DNA from: Nemertoderma westbladi
Lineage: Eukaryota > Animalia > Xenacoelomorpha
Assembly (NCBI GenBank): GCA_032718475.1
Contig: JAUCBJ010008794.1
Location: 1 to 64,000 of the forward strand
DNA length: 64,000 nt
Direction: 5' to 3'
Shown here: positions 48,072 to 61,599 of the stretch, one piece after another
Layout: every line of letters begins with the position of its first letter
Position numbering within the stretch: the stretch's first letter is position 1
The notes under the pieces: generated by a model
Seen by the model: the letters and a program-made list of their open reading frames with translations, nothing else
Told to the model about the DNA's origin: nothing
Databases searched by the model: none
Position numbers and translations under genes: made by a program

Positions 48072-49726
48072 AGCTGCTATATGAGTTTATAAATATTATA
48101 ATTAATTTTAATTAGGCTAGCGGGCGTCGCTGCCTACCCCTCACTGCCCCCGGACAGCGCAAGATCCTCAGCGCAGATGTACTATTGTCGCGGTGCCTAT
48201 CGCCAACATAGTAGCTACACAACGACAACAATAACCAGCGCGAGTCACTCCACTGTCCGTCCCAAGGGCTTAGATTTACTTCAGGTTCTTACTGTAGAGG
48301 TAGGGCTACTTTCACAACTGCGACTAGCTACTGTAAACACACTTTAGTAGTAACATTCACCTATAAACGCACAAATTCCACACAACTGTCTCAAATTGTA
48401 CACATTCGGGCCATTTGTCCGTTAGTCAAGTGCCTTCCAGAATGCCACGTTATTATTATGTATCCTTGGATACTAGCAGTATGCTATTTATTCCGTATGC
48501 TATTCAATGGGGCAAGCTTTCTATTGTTCTTTTAACTTGCTTCTAATTCTAGCGTGGTTGTTGCTATGGTGACATTATGGAAAGCTAGCAGTAGAATTAG
48601 GGTAATTCTCATGCATACAGATCTGGGATGCTATTTAATAGTAATTCTTTAATTGTCAAGATTCCCCTTTATATATGATTTTATGAATTTTATCGGCTAT
48701 TGACTATATTTTGGAGATTCTCTCACGCTAATATACTTAATAGGGTGAATCTCTGCTCCCATGATCTATTAATTAATGGCATTTTGGGAATGTTATAAAT
48801 TGTATAAAATGACAATTTATCAAATTCATAAGAGGATATGAATCTAAATTTATTCCCGTAAATTTTATTATTTAATATTAAAAATAGACACAATTTTATT
48901 CCAGAGCATGTCTGGGGACTGGGATCCTTAATTCTAGGAAATTTGTCTTTTTAAGAGTATCGGTAAGTACTACAATATCTTAATCGACTAGAATTTTAAA
49001 GGATCTAAATTTTAACAGATTTTGATTTATAGATTTTTATAAATATTATCTATGTAATATTTAAGATGGGCACCGATTTATTCCAGAACTTGTCTGGGGA
49101 CGTTAACCACTGATTCTAGAATTTTGTTTTTCAAGTATATCGGTGGGTGCCACGATATCTTAATCGACTAGAATTACAGATGGTCAAAGGGTTTAACAGA
49201 TTTATTTTGCGTTGTACGCTACTGTTAAAGGGACATCACGCTACTATATGTATTATTTAATATACGGTATGAGAGCAATATTGCAAGAAGCAATGTCAGT
49301 GAGAAGAGGCAAGTCATTTCCAAGGTCTACCCAGAGCTTGGTTTAGCCGAGACACGAGGATCTGAACTTTGCATTCCTAATACTCTGCTTACCAATAATA
49401 CTTGAATATAGTAGGATCTTTATTGTACTTTAATAAGTACGGATACTTCATCTTACTGTAGTCACGCATTTATAATATGATACGGACAGTAAGGAAAGAG
49501 AAAATAATTATTTCTCGCCGTTACTCTAAATATATAATATAAGTAATTAAGTAATAAACGCGAATATATATATTGCACTATTCTACTAAAATATCGCTAA
49601 AATAACATTCTACTAAAAAAAATTAAAGAAAACGATTATTATAAAATTACATAATAATACATACATAAATATAAAATAATAAAACAAATATAAAATAATA
49701 TAGTCACACACCCACTCCAAACGCTG

Positions 49727-52700
49727 TTACGTTGGGGAGCCCCTAGATGTTTGTTGGATTAAGGAGGTAGTCGTGGGAAGAGTATCTTGCTTTCCATAGT
49801 TTCCGGATAGTTCTCTGTCTCTTTCCAGTAAACATAAACGACCAACTGGGCGATTGAGCTGCTGCGTTTCGAATACAATTCCAGGTTTCTTAAAGTTACG
49901 TCGCATGACGACGAGTTCTACCGATCGCACTAAACCATCATCGGAGATATGAGTCTCGATGATATGACCTGTCTGCCACCGCTTACGTGGAAGATCTGAT
50001 TCCACAATAAGGACCATGTCTCCGGCGCTGACGTTTTCTTGCTGCGCAAACCACTTGGTTCGAAGTTGTAGCGTAGGCAGATAATGTTTTTCTAAATGGT
50101 CAGCGAAACGACGGGATAATAACTGTATAAGTTGCCAAGTTTGTCGGCAGTATTCGTCTCCGTCCGTGATTTCCAATCGTGGTAGCATGGCTACAGGTTT
50201 CTTCAGTAGGAAGTGTGCGGGTGTTAGCGCTTCCAGGGAGTCGGGACTCGATGAGACTGGCATAAGCGGTCTCTCGTTAAGATAGGCGGCGATTTCTTCC
50301 ATTAACGTCCGCAAAAGTTCATCGGTGAGATACGCGCGGCATGGCACTATAAAGTGAAATGCGGTCTTCACGCTTCTTATTAATCTCTCCCAACTTCCTC
50401 CCCACCAAGGGGCGTCGGCGGCGTTGAAGGTCCAGCTAGATGCTGTTACCCTTAGCTGATCGTCCACCTGTCTTTGGTTCCAATCCTTAATGTAAGCTTT
50501 GATCTCATTATTGGCACCAATGAAGTTCGTTCCCTTATCAGATCTCATCGTATTGCTAGTTCCAAAGCGAGCGATCTGTCGGCGTAAACTCAGTATGAAG
50601 CTGTTGGTTGATAGATCGTTCACCATATCTAGATGGATCGCTCTACAAGTCATACAGACAAAGATGACACACCATCGCTTGACTATAGTCCGAGTACGAT
50701 ATACTTCAATAGGGCCAAATAAATCCACACCGGTATTAGTAAAGGGTGGTTCATAGAAGCTTACGCGTTCCCTAGGTAATTCTGCCTCTCGCTGTGTTAA
50801 AGGCCTACTGAATGCTTTCCTACAGGGTATACAGTTCCTAAGAACTTGGTTCAGAGCTCTATGGGGTTTATGAAAATAATAGCGAGTTCGAATTTCGGTA
50901 AGAACTCGTTCTCTACCAGCATGGTAAAGCCTACTGTGAACATCTACAATCATCTTGATTTGTATTTCAAGATTTCTAATGAGTATGGGAAACTTAGTGT
51001 CAAAGGATAATGGGGCATTAGTTAGTCTCCCTCCAACACGTATTAACCCATCTATCATTGTGCTAGAGAAACGATCTCTTAAGCGCGTCTGTGGATTTCT
51101 TAACAACAGGAAATACTTATCGGAATCTTCATAGCATTGCAGGAGTCTCAGTATCTATCTTTAATAGCATGGACCTGCGCAGATGTCAGTGGAGCGGTAT
51201 CACTAGCGATCTTCGTCCTGGAGTAATGATGGTGGAAGCATCGCTTCAAATACCCGACGGCCTTACAGAGCCGGTTCCAGGAGCTATAGTGATTTATCGC
51301 TCTCTGCAGGAGAGGTGAGAGTCCCTGCGAGACGTCTGGTGTTCCCGAATTCCAGTCTCTCTCTCTCTACTCTCCACAACAGATTTATTTGTGGTGGGTG
51401 AGTTTAGATCCACAGCGTCGTCTCCCGAAGTGTGTAGTACAGATAGATCTATCACTGGTTTGAATAACTTTGATTTACTCGTCCGGGTTTTAGGTTTGAC
51501 TTTCTCCTCTCCCTTGGCTTGTCTAATCTCAGCCGTGGTGAGATGAGGAGGCCATTCATCTTCTTCTTTACTTAGGAAGTCGGGTCCACCTAACCAGTCC
51601 GGAGTATCTATCAGTTCTTGAGGAGTTGCTCCTCTGGAGGCGATGTCGGCTGGATTGATCGTCCCAGGGCAATGTCTCCATTGATCTACATTAGTGCGAC
51701 TAAGTATAATGTCCACTCTGTTGGTAACGAAGACGCTGAACTGACAGACTTCATTGGTTATATACTCCAAAACGAGTAAAGCATCGGTCCAATAGACAGT
51801 TTTCTCCAGTGGATAGTCGATCTGTTCTGTTACATTCCGGCCGATGGCTGTAGCGTATAGAGCTGCCTTTAATTCCGCTCGAGGAACTCGTAGTTTGTTG
51901 TTTATCAAGGCCTTAGAGGTAACCAAGGCAACTTTAATTCCATCCGGAGTTTCAACTCTTAGGTAGGCTACTATACCTATTCCCATATCGCTGGCGTCTC
52001 CAAACACATGGAGTTGATAGGAATACGTGGGGAGAACGTGACCAAAATATGAACGGGAAATAATAAAGTTCTCTATGGAAGGTAGAGAATCTTCCCATTT
52101 CATCCACTTCTTTAGTAGTTCTCCCTTAAGTGGATCGTCCCACGAGTGGTTTTCAAGCCACATTTGTTGAACTAAGCTCCGAGCAACTAATATAACTGGG
52201 CTAATAAATCCCAATGGATCGAAATAAGTGCTTAGGATACTTAGACAAATCCGTTTGGTTCGAACTGGATTATCTCGCGGTTTTAGCTGAAAAAACAGGA
52301 TATCTCTCTCCGTGTCCCATTTCAAACCAAGCGTCTTGGTTTCCGGAAGATCGTCCTTGATAAGGACCAGATCTTTAACACCTCGATCTTCTTCCGGGAT
52401 CGATTCCAGAAACTCACGGGAGTTACTTGTGAATTTGGTTAGTCGAAACACACCTCGTTTCAACCACTCTACCGTTCCCTTGGCGACATCAATGGCTTCT
52501 TCCACCGATGGGAGGGACTTTAAATTATCGTCCATGTATATATCCCGTTTGATGTTGTCGATAACCGCTTTAGAGAAGGCGTCTCGGTTGTCATCAGCAG
52601 TGGTACGCACTACTGAACAAGCGTTCGAGGGGCTCGAGATGATCCCAAAAGCCTGGATGGTCATCCAGTACTCCACCGGTTTTTGGTTGAGGTCTCCTTC

Positions 52701-53536
52701 AGGCCACCACAGAAATCGTAGGCTGTCTCGATCCCTATCCAGCGCCTTGACTTGTAAGAACATACCTTCTATATCCGAGGTGAAAGCGATAGAATATTGC
52801 CATAGTCTTAAGAGTATTCTCAACAAGGATTGTAGTAAGTTGGGTCCCGGCAACAACTCAGAATTAAGGGATTGGCCCATGTAAAGGGCGGAGCCGTCGA
52901 ATACTACCCGGACTTCGTTGGGTTTACCGGGTTTGGGAACGTAATGATGTGTTAGATAATACGTTCTCTCAGTTACGGGTGTTTCTTCTGGTACTCGCTC
53001 CCCGTATCCCTTATTGATGAATTTCTTCAGCTGGGTCTTATACATCTTTTTAGCTGAAGCGTTAGCCGTAAGACGCCGATGTAGTTGCGCGATTCTCTTC
53101 TCCGCCAAGGGTCTGTTATTAATAAAGTTGGGTTCTCGCCGGCGAAACGGAAGACCAATCTCATACCTGCCTTGGTCCTTAAGAAAACGTGTAGTCATTT
53201 CCTGGATCTGCTTGGCTCTTTCTTCTTCGACAGATAGAGCCTTATCATAGGAATTAGGCTGTACAGCTTCTTGAGTAAAGAATCGTACGGCGTGTTCATC
53301 GCGAATTTTATCGTTGTATCGATCTATCACCGCATTTAGCTCGTCGTTATAGTCGAATTGTCCGCCATGGTTGACAAGATGGCACAGTTGCGTTTGGTTT
53401 CTCCAAACTTCACTCTCGGTGAGGAGGTCGATTGTATTCTCCTCATCAAATAATTGGGTAATATCGTCGTTATCTGAGGAGTATGGTGTTCCCTCAGGTT
53501 TGGTCTCTCCCTCACTGATTTCTTCTTCCTATTCAC
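49727..53536 (-). pseudogene. pol: E3 pol (RT, RNase H, integrase, DUF5641-like tail)
   Basis: ORFs 51294..53330 (IYMDD, FGDAS, WTDA, NPADIASRG) and 49727..51106 (HHCC, RSDKGTNFI, GGSWERL). There is a frameshift or deletion near 51100-51400. Confidence 0.93.
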
Positions 53537-56500
53537 TCACCTGATGTATATGGTCAGTGGGTACTCGTTCCATGAGCGTTCTCCGGGAAGGTCCAGTGAA
53601 GTACCAACCTACTCTTGTTCTTCCCGCATATGTTTGCAAGGGTTGCGGTCGAGCAGGCCATTTTTCTAATGTCTCAAGCGCCTCATGCACATTTTGACCA
53701 ATCAATATTTGCACCCCTGGGTAGTCGGAGTTGAATCTAGCAATATCATGCTGCTGGGTAAAATCGTCTTCATCCCAGTTGTAAGGTTCTACTTGGCTGG
53801 TAGCAAAGTTCTTTATCGCCACCATTTTCACTGACCTTACGCTGTGTCCTCCTAGTTTGTCCTGGGGAGTGGACAACGCTCCTATATAGTAGTCGGTAGC
53901 TACTGTAGATTTCCAAACCTGCATAATTCCTGAAAGGTTCAACTTAGTTCGGAACTTGGGTTGTCCAGCAAAGATATCTTCGGCTAGTTCTTTATCGATG
54001 AATGTTCCAGTGCTGCCGGAGTCCAGGAGGGCGTTGACTATAAAGCTCTTACCTGATCCATGGATTCTCAGTTGAACTACTGGGAATTCACAAATTCCGA
54101 CGTTGGAAGTTGGCACTTTCCAAGATGGTTGTCTGTCTGGAATGGTCGGTTGAGCTTTATTCTCGGTGTCAGTCTCATACGTAAGCGCTCGATACACCGT
54201 AGTGTTTATCATATAACAGGATTCGTTTTCGTCGGAGAATTCGTCCGTGTAAAATCCTTCCATCTCAGAGCTGTGGTCAGTGTCGTTCACATCACTGAAT
54301 TGGACATGTAGTTCGGACTCACTTACCTGACTCGGGCTAGTTCTTTCAAATTCTGCGTGCAGCAAGATATGATGTTTCGCGCCACACTTAGCACACCTCG
54401 CGTCTGAGTAACAAGTTCTCCGTTGGTGTCCTTGTCTGAGACAATTATAACACAACCGCTTATCCCACATGACATCGCGTCTATCCTTTAAGGATTTCTT
54501 TAAGAAATCATCACACACACTTAAACGATGGGGCCCGTCGCACAACGCACATTTGGGTTTGATGTTAATTACTTTACCTTGGGTAGTGTTGTGCACACTT
54601 GTTCTTTCCTCGGGCTTTCTTCCATGAATTATCTTAGGAGACGTAGGAGGAGATTTTATTACCTGTTCTCTCCTGTCACTGGTTCGAGACTTAAATTTAC
54701 TTACGTCTTTAGGTGCTTTGTTGACATAGTAAGATCTGTCGGTGTCTTTCCCGCTGTTCTCCTCTTGAGAGGTCTGGCTTTCGCTGTCGTCTGTATAACA
54801 CACTGGTGTTACCTTTCTCCTAGAAATGGGTTTTTCACTTAACTTATTTTCCGGTGTCTTCTCTCGGGACTGCTTTAGGAGCTGTAATTTTACCTCTCCA
54901 TCTAAGAATGCCATGAGATCAGCTATGGTAGGGTCTCTTTGTTGTTGTTCCATCATATATAGTACTCTTTTGTCCCAACGAGTATCCACTCCACCCTTTG
55001 GCAAGGTAGATGCTACAGCTCCAATAACCATAGAACTCTGATATTCATGAGACTCACCTAGCCAATCTAACTGTCTACAGATCTCTTGGATCTCGTCGGA
55101 AAATTCTATAATCCCGCTACTAATAAACTTCCGGGGCGCTACTAATTTCGCATACAAATACCTAGCTATGTTAGTCCTATTACCATACCTGATGTTTAGT
55201 GTATCCCAAACTTGTCTTAATCCATCTGGATGTCCAATAAACTTTAATGCCATTAACTTGGGAGGTCCTTCCAAGCACTCGATGAGGAATCTAAGTTTCT
55301 CTCCGTGGGATAATATGGAGCTCTGTATGTTATCTTTATAATATTCATTAAAAGGCAACCATTTCATCTCATCTCCATTGAACTTGACTATCTCTCCCAC
55401 CTTGACCACTTGTCGGGCTTCGGTTCTAGCCATTTGACGCGTAAATCTTTCTTGGGCCATCGTATTATTTAATATCGAGTTATCGGTATATAAATTTCTA
55501 GGATTATGATCAGGTCTATATGGAATATCATTATCAACATGTTTATAATTATCCTTAATAGGGTTTACTATAGGAGTTTCCACTTCACTAGCAGTATAGA
55601 TGCGTGTAGGCTCCACACCTTGCGCGTGAAATACTTCAGACCTAACAGGTTGACACATTGTTACAGAGGGTGGTGTTATACCCCTTTGTATATTTACCAA
55701 TTTATCGCATTCTAACGCGATACTCTGCTGCACTTCTTGCAGTTCTAACCTACCCTCTCTTACTGTTCCCTTTAACTGCTGAACAGTCCCTTCCATTTCT
55801 CGGACGTGCTGGGAGGAACGCAATCGATTTTCCTCCAATTGTCCGAGCAGGAGATCCATCCCCCTCCGTCGCTCATCCACCCACTCTACCGCCGGAGCGG
55901 GAGCCGCCAACATATTAGCGGGTAGACGAGGGACGACGGGCGACAAATCATTGATGTATCGCTCGGCGTCCAGGACTGGGACCGATTCAGGTGCTATTCT
56001 ACTGGGCACAGATAGTTTAGTACTGTGCAAAGGGAATTTAGATTTAGGTTCTGGAAGTACAGGGGTCTCTATCACAGAGGGGGTGGCTTCGAGAACAGGC
56101 CTAATTATTTCAGGCTCATCTACTATAGTAGGGAGTCTTTCTACTCTAATAATTTGGTCTGTGGGTTCTGTACTACCTAAGTCTACACTAGCTAGTTGCC
56201 TTCTCACAGCTGGGGGCAAATTAGGCAATTTCTGACGGTGTGGCATTCTTCTACGCCTGCAGGAACGAGATCTATTTCCTCCGCCTTCAGGATCTGTCGT
56301 ATCGCCTTCATCAGATGATGTAAATCCCTGTCTCTTGGGAGTAGATCGACTTATCATCTGCATCTGACTAGCTGTTATCTGTTTATTTAAGTAGTCTTGC
56401 TTCTCTTGAAGATTTTCCAACTCTAGTTGGGTTGTCTCTTCAGATGCTTTCCGTTCTGCTTCGGCCGCTGCCGCTTTTCTTTCTGCCTTTGCCACTGCCG

Positions 56501-57517
56501 CTTTTCTTTCTGCCTCTGCCACTGCAGATTTTCCTTCTGCCTCTGCCGCTGCAGCTTTTCTTTCTGCCTCTGCCACTGCAGCCTTTCTTTCTGCCTCTGC
56601 CACTGCAGCTTTTCCTTCTGCCTCTGCCGCTGCAGCTTTTCTTTCTGCCTCTGCCACTGCAGCCTTTCTTTCTGCCTCTGCCACTGCAGCTTTTCCTTCT
56701 GCCTCTGCTTCTGCAGCTACTGCTGCCGCTGCCTTTTGGTCTTCTATCTGTTTTTTCTTTAATTGTTCTTCCTTTTTTATTTTTCGATTTTTTTATCAAA
56801 TTTAGCCTGATTCGCGGCTAACATTTCCGCATCTAATGAGTCTAACACAAATTTGGCTCCCTCACTTTTAGGGTTAAATCCAGCTAACCGTCTCCTTAAC
56901 TCTTTGTCTCCTATAAATCGCTGATAGTCCGACAGATAGATGTCAATAGCGTCCTTCTTCTGAGGTTTTTCGGTCGTAACTTCGCTTTCCACTTGAGAAA
57001 AGGCAGCGTCTGTTGATTCTCCTTGGGTCGAGCGCTCGGTTAGCTGAATTTTCCATTGTGTCGTTCCTTGGACTTTAAGACTCACTCGTTGGAACCAATT
57101 CTTTACGGCGACTTGCAACGACGTGTCTTGGCTTCTCTTCGAGGCTTCCTCAAAGGCTGAAAGGATTAGTCTGAGCCGTAGAATTCATTCGCGAACTTGA
57201 TAAAGCAGCTCTCCCTGCTCTTGAGGTCCGTGAGGCTGTTGGAACAGGTGTTCCTCTAATCACTCTAACGAGCTGAAAAATCCCTGTACATATCCTGCTG
57301 CCAACCTCTTCCACACAGCTGGATCCCTAGTGTCCTTTACCACTCCCATCCTGTATAAGTCATCCCAGGCAGCTTCCGATAAGTTAAACAGGAGTCCGGG
57401 TCCGGGGAAGTTCCATTGTGTCTCGACAATAGACTTCAGTTCCTCCTTCGTGTATCCCGCATAACTGTCCTTGGTCGATCGCTTACTTCTCGCCCAATCG
57501 ATTTGATGTTCTTCCAC
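53529..57517 (-). pseudogene. gag: E3 gag-protease (AEAERKAAV repeats, DUF1759-like region, triple Cys/His motifs, ALLDSGS)
   Basis: ORF 53529..56684 (VKFNGDEMKWLPF, CALCDGPHRLSVC, CYNCLRQGHQRRTC, CAKCGAKHHILLH), plus disrupted upstream pieces 56777..57118 and 57260..57517. Confidence 0.9.
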
Positions 57518-58508
57518 CGCAATTAATACTCTAGTGAGTACGGCTTCAGGAAGAATGAAGCTTTTTGCTCTACAGCACTATAAGTACTACGTTATGTACC
57601 CGGAGTGTCCTTACCTAGAAGTTAATTACCGCAGCCAACCAGAGCCAACGTGCCTATTAACCACTTTACAACACAAATATACTGCCTACAAACTAAATTA
57701 CCTTCGGAAAGTACTGTACACTAAACCCTAGATTAGGTACAAATACTTGTATAACAAATAACCAGCAGTTAAATATGCTTGAACAGCTAAAAGAACCACG
57801 GCATCTGCTGGAGTGACTAGAGCATAAAATCACCAGTCTTTACCTACGCCAAGCAGCCCTGATGTAGTACCGGGGTTAATTTAACTATAACGGTATGTAT
57901 AACAAGCACAATTACTGTAGGAATAAACTTGGGGGTTATGTAGGTTGCGAATACTTGCATAAACTCTGAATAATAAATATTACGGTACCCGTGCAGACTA
58001 TACAAACAAAATACAGACCAAATGCTGGCAGACTACTGTCAAGCCTAAATAAATTACAGTATATGCAGACTCCGAAATGGTTAGTTAGTATGCGTTCTAA
58101 CCGAGTAGTACGACTTATTCTTTCGGGGGGGATTCACCTTACAACACTGGATGCCCCCACTTTCCTAACTAGTACTTTATCGGACCTACACTCTACACAC
58201 ACTGCAATCGCTCCAAACTTAACAACAGCTAGACAACAATCCAGCCTACAAATTATCTGTACAATTTGAGCGGGCTTATACGCCTTCTGCTCAATATTAC
58301 ACTTACATATAAATAAAACTGATAGAAACAAGTAAAATCCCAATAAAAAACCAGGCGTCCCTGATTAAATATCAAGACCTATCAGTATATAATTATCAAA
58401 TCGAATAATACTGCTGTACTTGTAAGCACCGGTTCGGGCAGTTAGGCCTAGCTTACCGTTCGACCGGTACCTCATCTTTATTGCCTACGGTGCAATAAAG
58501 AAACTGTG

Positions 58509-58519
58509 AAAACTATTAT
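58509..58519 (-). promoter_or_regulatory. E3 non-tRNA primer-binding site ATAATAGTTTT (complement in the LTR at 59260-59270)
   Basis: Abuts the 5' LTR end ...CGAACA. It is a 10/11 complement of minus-strand AAAACTATTAC (59260-59270). The 3' LTR copy (46062-46072) has one more change, which gives a G:U pair. Confidence 0.6.
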
Positions 58520-59672
58520 TGTTCGCGCTTTTAGACCTTTAGCAGTTTAACCTGCCAATTTTAGGTGTCTTCTTGTTTATAAATCGACTTTAGCCTATGA
58601 CAATTATTTATTACACTGAAATAACATTAGCCGAAGCCAGTCTATGCGCGACCATTCATCCACTGTTAAGGGAGACTGGATTCGGATGCTTGCACTTATT
58701 ATTGCGTTATAGACCTACTGTATTATTCGATTTATTGTTACTATATAATCTCTGACAATATATTTACTTTCGGGGAAATATTAACAGTTCCTTTAGGACG
58801 TGGCGCTTTAAGTATAAAAGCAGAGTTATGACTTATACTAATCACAACTAGATGGCTACTGAGTTACGTAAAAGGCGCATTCTTTAGGAGATGCTTTATT
58901 ACCAGTCACACTACCTCACACGACTTCACACTACTTCACACTGATCTGCCGACCGTCACTGAATTTGATCATATATAAGGAGGATAGCAACTGACACATG
59001 TAGGGATTATGAAATAGCATTTAATTCACACAAAACCACTATAATGTAAGTCGCAATTGCTACCGGTAACCTGTCCTCTCACCTTCAGTAATCAAGAAGA
59101 TTGGGGTTTTATGATTCTTTATCGGTGTTCTCCAAATATAACAATATATCCATCAACATATATAACAATTAATAACCAACAGTAAAATAAGGCGGTGAAC
59201 AATCAGTATGTGTTACTTAGTGCAACAGCAGTTGATATGGTTAGGTGATATGTAGTCAGGTAATAGTTTTACGTTTCGATAATCCAAGCCATCTAATGTT
59301 CTGGTCTAAGTCTGAAACTTCTACAGAAGCACAGAAGAATCCTAAGCCGGTGTTCTGGGCTTAGAAAAGATAACAACAACACTGAATTGCGTGGGTTTCT
59401 GTAGGCCCCTTTCAACGCAAAGTGAAAATCGCTCTGATTGGCCGAACAGAACAAAGAAAAAGCTCCACGAGTACATTAAATCAGCTGGTAGATGTCGTCA
59501 TCTGAATTCCAGTCTTAGAGTATTAAGCGCATTGCGGCAAAAATGGCTTGTTATGTCCGCCAAAGCACACATGCAGACACAGCGGGTAAAAATGGCTTGT
59601 TATGTCCGCTAAAACACCTACACAGTATATTGCGGAGAAAAATGGCTTGTTATATCCGCAAAAGCTTTTACA
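58520..59672 (-). repeat. E3 5' LTR
   Basis: Direct repeat of 45322-46474, followed by the TSD GTATT. Confidence 0.97.
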
Positions 59673-59922
59673 GTATTATCTTTTATAAACATATACTTTT
59701 ATAAGTTTATAAAATAATATCAAATATTTGTAGATCATGTTCTTTAATAATAATAATAATACTATATTTACTTTAAATATATAAACTACACATAGTAATA
59801 GAATATATATGAATACGAACCAAATGATACATAATAGGCCTATAAAATGCACATTTTGTTAATGTATCTTAGGTGTAATGTATGTTATGTGTATTATTGT
59901 ACGTTAATGTATGTTATGTGTA

Positions 59923-61190
59923 TTATTGTACGTTAATGTATGCGGGCCTTCCACTCCTCCAGGGATTCGCCCTCACTGTTGTTGGGGCAAAACCATCTAC
60001 CCCTGAATTGGCTATGTCCAGTGGCGGCAAGCATATAATTGTGGCAGGTCTTGAAAATACGCTTGCCAACCACTGGACCAGGGGGTGGAGGGGGTGGGCG
60101 GGGGCCAAGCAGTCGTAGGCGCCACTGCTCAGCTCAGCCGTCTCCCCATCAACATTCCTGGGGCAGAACCACTTCCCTTTGATCTGTGTGTGTCCCAGCA
60201 CACACTTGATCCTATCGCCGCAGGTCTTACACACCCTCTCCCATCCTTTCTGGATGTTCTTACCCAGCTGCATCCGTTTCTGGTGCCTCCACTCAGTCAC
60301 ATAACCCCTCTTACGCCCCACATTCCGAGTGCTAGTGAGATCGGCCAGCATTGGGGGCAATGCCTCATCGGCCTGTCTCACCCACTCGTCAAATGTTATG
60401 TTGGTTGTGGGGCAGTAAAAGGAGTCCCTATAGGCACGGTGACCGGGTGCAGAGACCTTCTGGTGGCATTCGGGGAAATTTTTGATCTTTCTGGTTTTTT
60501 TGGATTTTGGTTTTAGGGGTTTAGATTTCTGGGCTGTATGTTTTCGTACGTAAATGGATAGTGGGACATTCTCGGAGGATGTACTGCTGGGGGAAGATGG
60601 CTCTGCAGAGAAATCGGAATGTGGAAGTTCTAGTTGGGTTGGGATTAAAGAAGAAGGGCCAGAGGGAACAATCGGTACTGAGGAAGGTAACTGATGGACG
60701 TTTGGGACACTGGGATATGAATGCTCACCGTAAAGTTCTCTGTTGCCGGGAGGGAAGCTGGTCCATGCCACGGACACGTCAGGGACACGGATGCGGGCAG
60801 CGGTGCCTCCAGCTGAAAGTAATCAGTCGCCACAAATGTGGCACAATCACTTCCAACAGCCACAGGCACAGCTACCACCGGGTCCTCCATAAACACAGCG
60901 TCCCAGACTGAACGCAAGCCGAAGGACATCGCTAAGTGCAGGGCCAGTCAGCTGGGGTGGTTGGGCTACATCAGCTAACCCAGTTAATTGTGGCGTTTCA
61001 GCCACAATGTCCTGGCCCACAGATTGTGGCTTGGCCACCACCTTAGCCCTCGGCTTCCGCAGTTTCGCTTGTCCAGATTGGTCTGGGACGTCAGTAAATG
61101 ACAGGGGCTGGATGGGATCGGTGATAGTCATGTATCGAATCTGTGCCGAGACCCGAGTGGTCTCCCAACGGATAAGGGGAATAACTGAAC
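59923..61190 (-). pseudogene. Frameshifted ORF remnant with two C..C-x(n)-GH-x(n)-(F/Y)CP zinc-binding-like motifs, probably transposon-derived
   Basis: GC-richer island with PECHQKVSAPGHRAYRDSFYCP...FDEW and CKTCGDRIKCVLGHTQIKGKWFCP. A possible acceptor TTTTTCTTTATTAG lies at ~61190. Confidence 0.45.
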
Positions 61191-61599
61191 TAATAAAGAA
61201 AAACAACTCCCTAATACAAAATTATTCGATTAGGTAAACCTCCTACATTCCGGTAACAATCCTGCTATCGGCACCGGTACCTACCATCAAACTAATTAAG
61301 TTTATTAAACTCACTGATTTCAACGAGATTTTCTCTGCTTTAACAACCGACGTCAGATAATACACTGTATAATGTCACCCAATATAACCAACAACCATCC
61401 AAACCAACCAGCCAACGGTTTGGTAAATTACATTTCGAGTTTAATTACTTCGATAGATTCGTCGTCCTCGCCTCGGCCTCGTAGGATTACGTATAAATTG
61501 TACATAATGCGATTAGAATGAACAGCAAACACGTTTGGAGTAACAGGTAGGAGATGCGGACCGAAAAAGTCAACAAAAATACGAAGGAACCACATACAA

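Larger units (their letters stand above)
45322..59672 (-). mobile_element. BEL/Pao LTR retrotransposon E3 (full length, ORFs disrupted)
   Basis: 1153-bp TGT...ACA LTRs at 45322-46474 and 58520-59672, with roughly 15-20 differences by eye. 5-bp TSD GTATT (45317-45321, 59673-59677). Confidence 0.97.
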
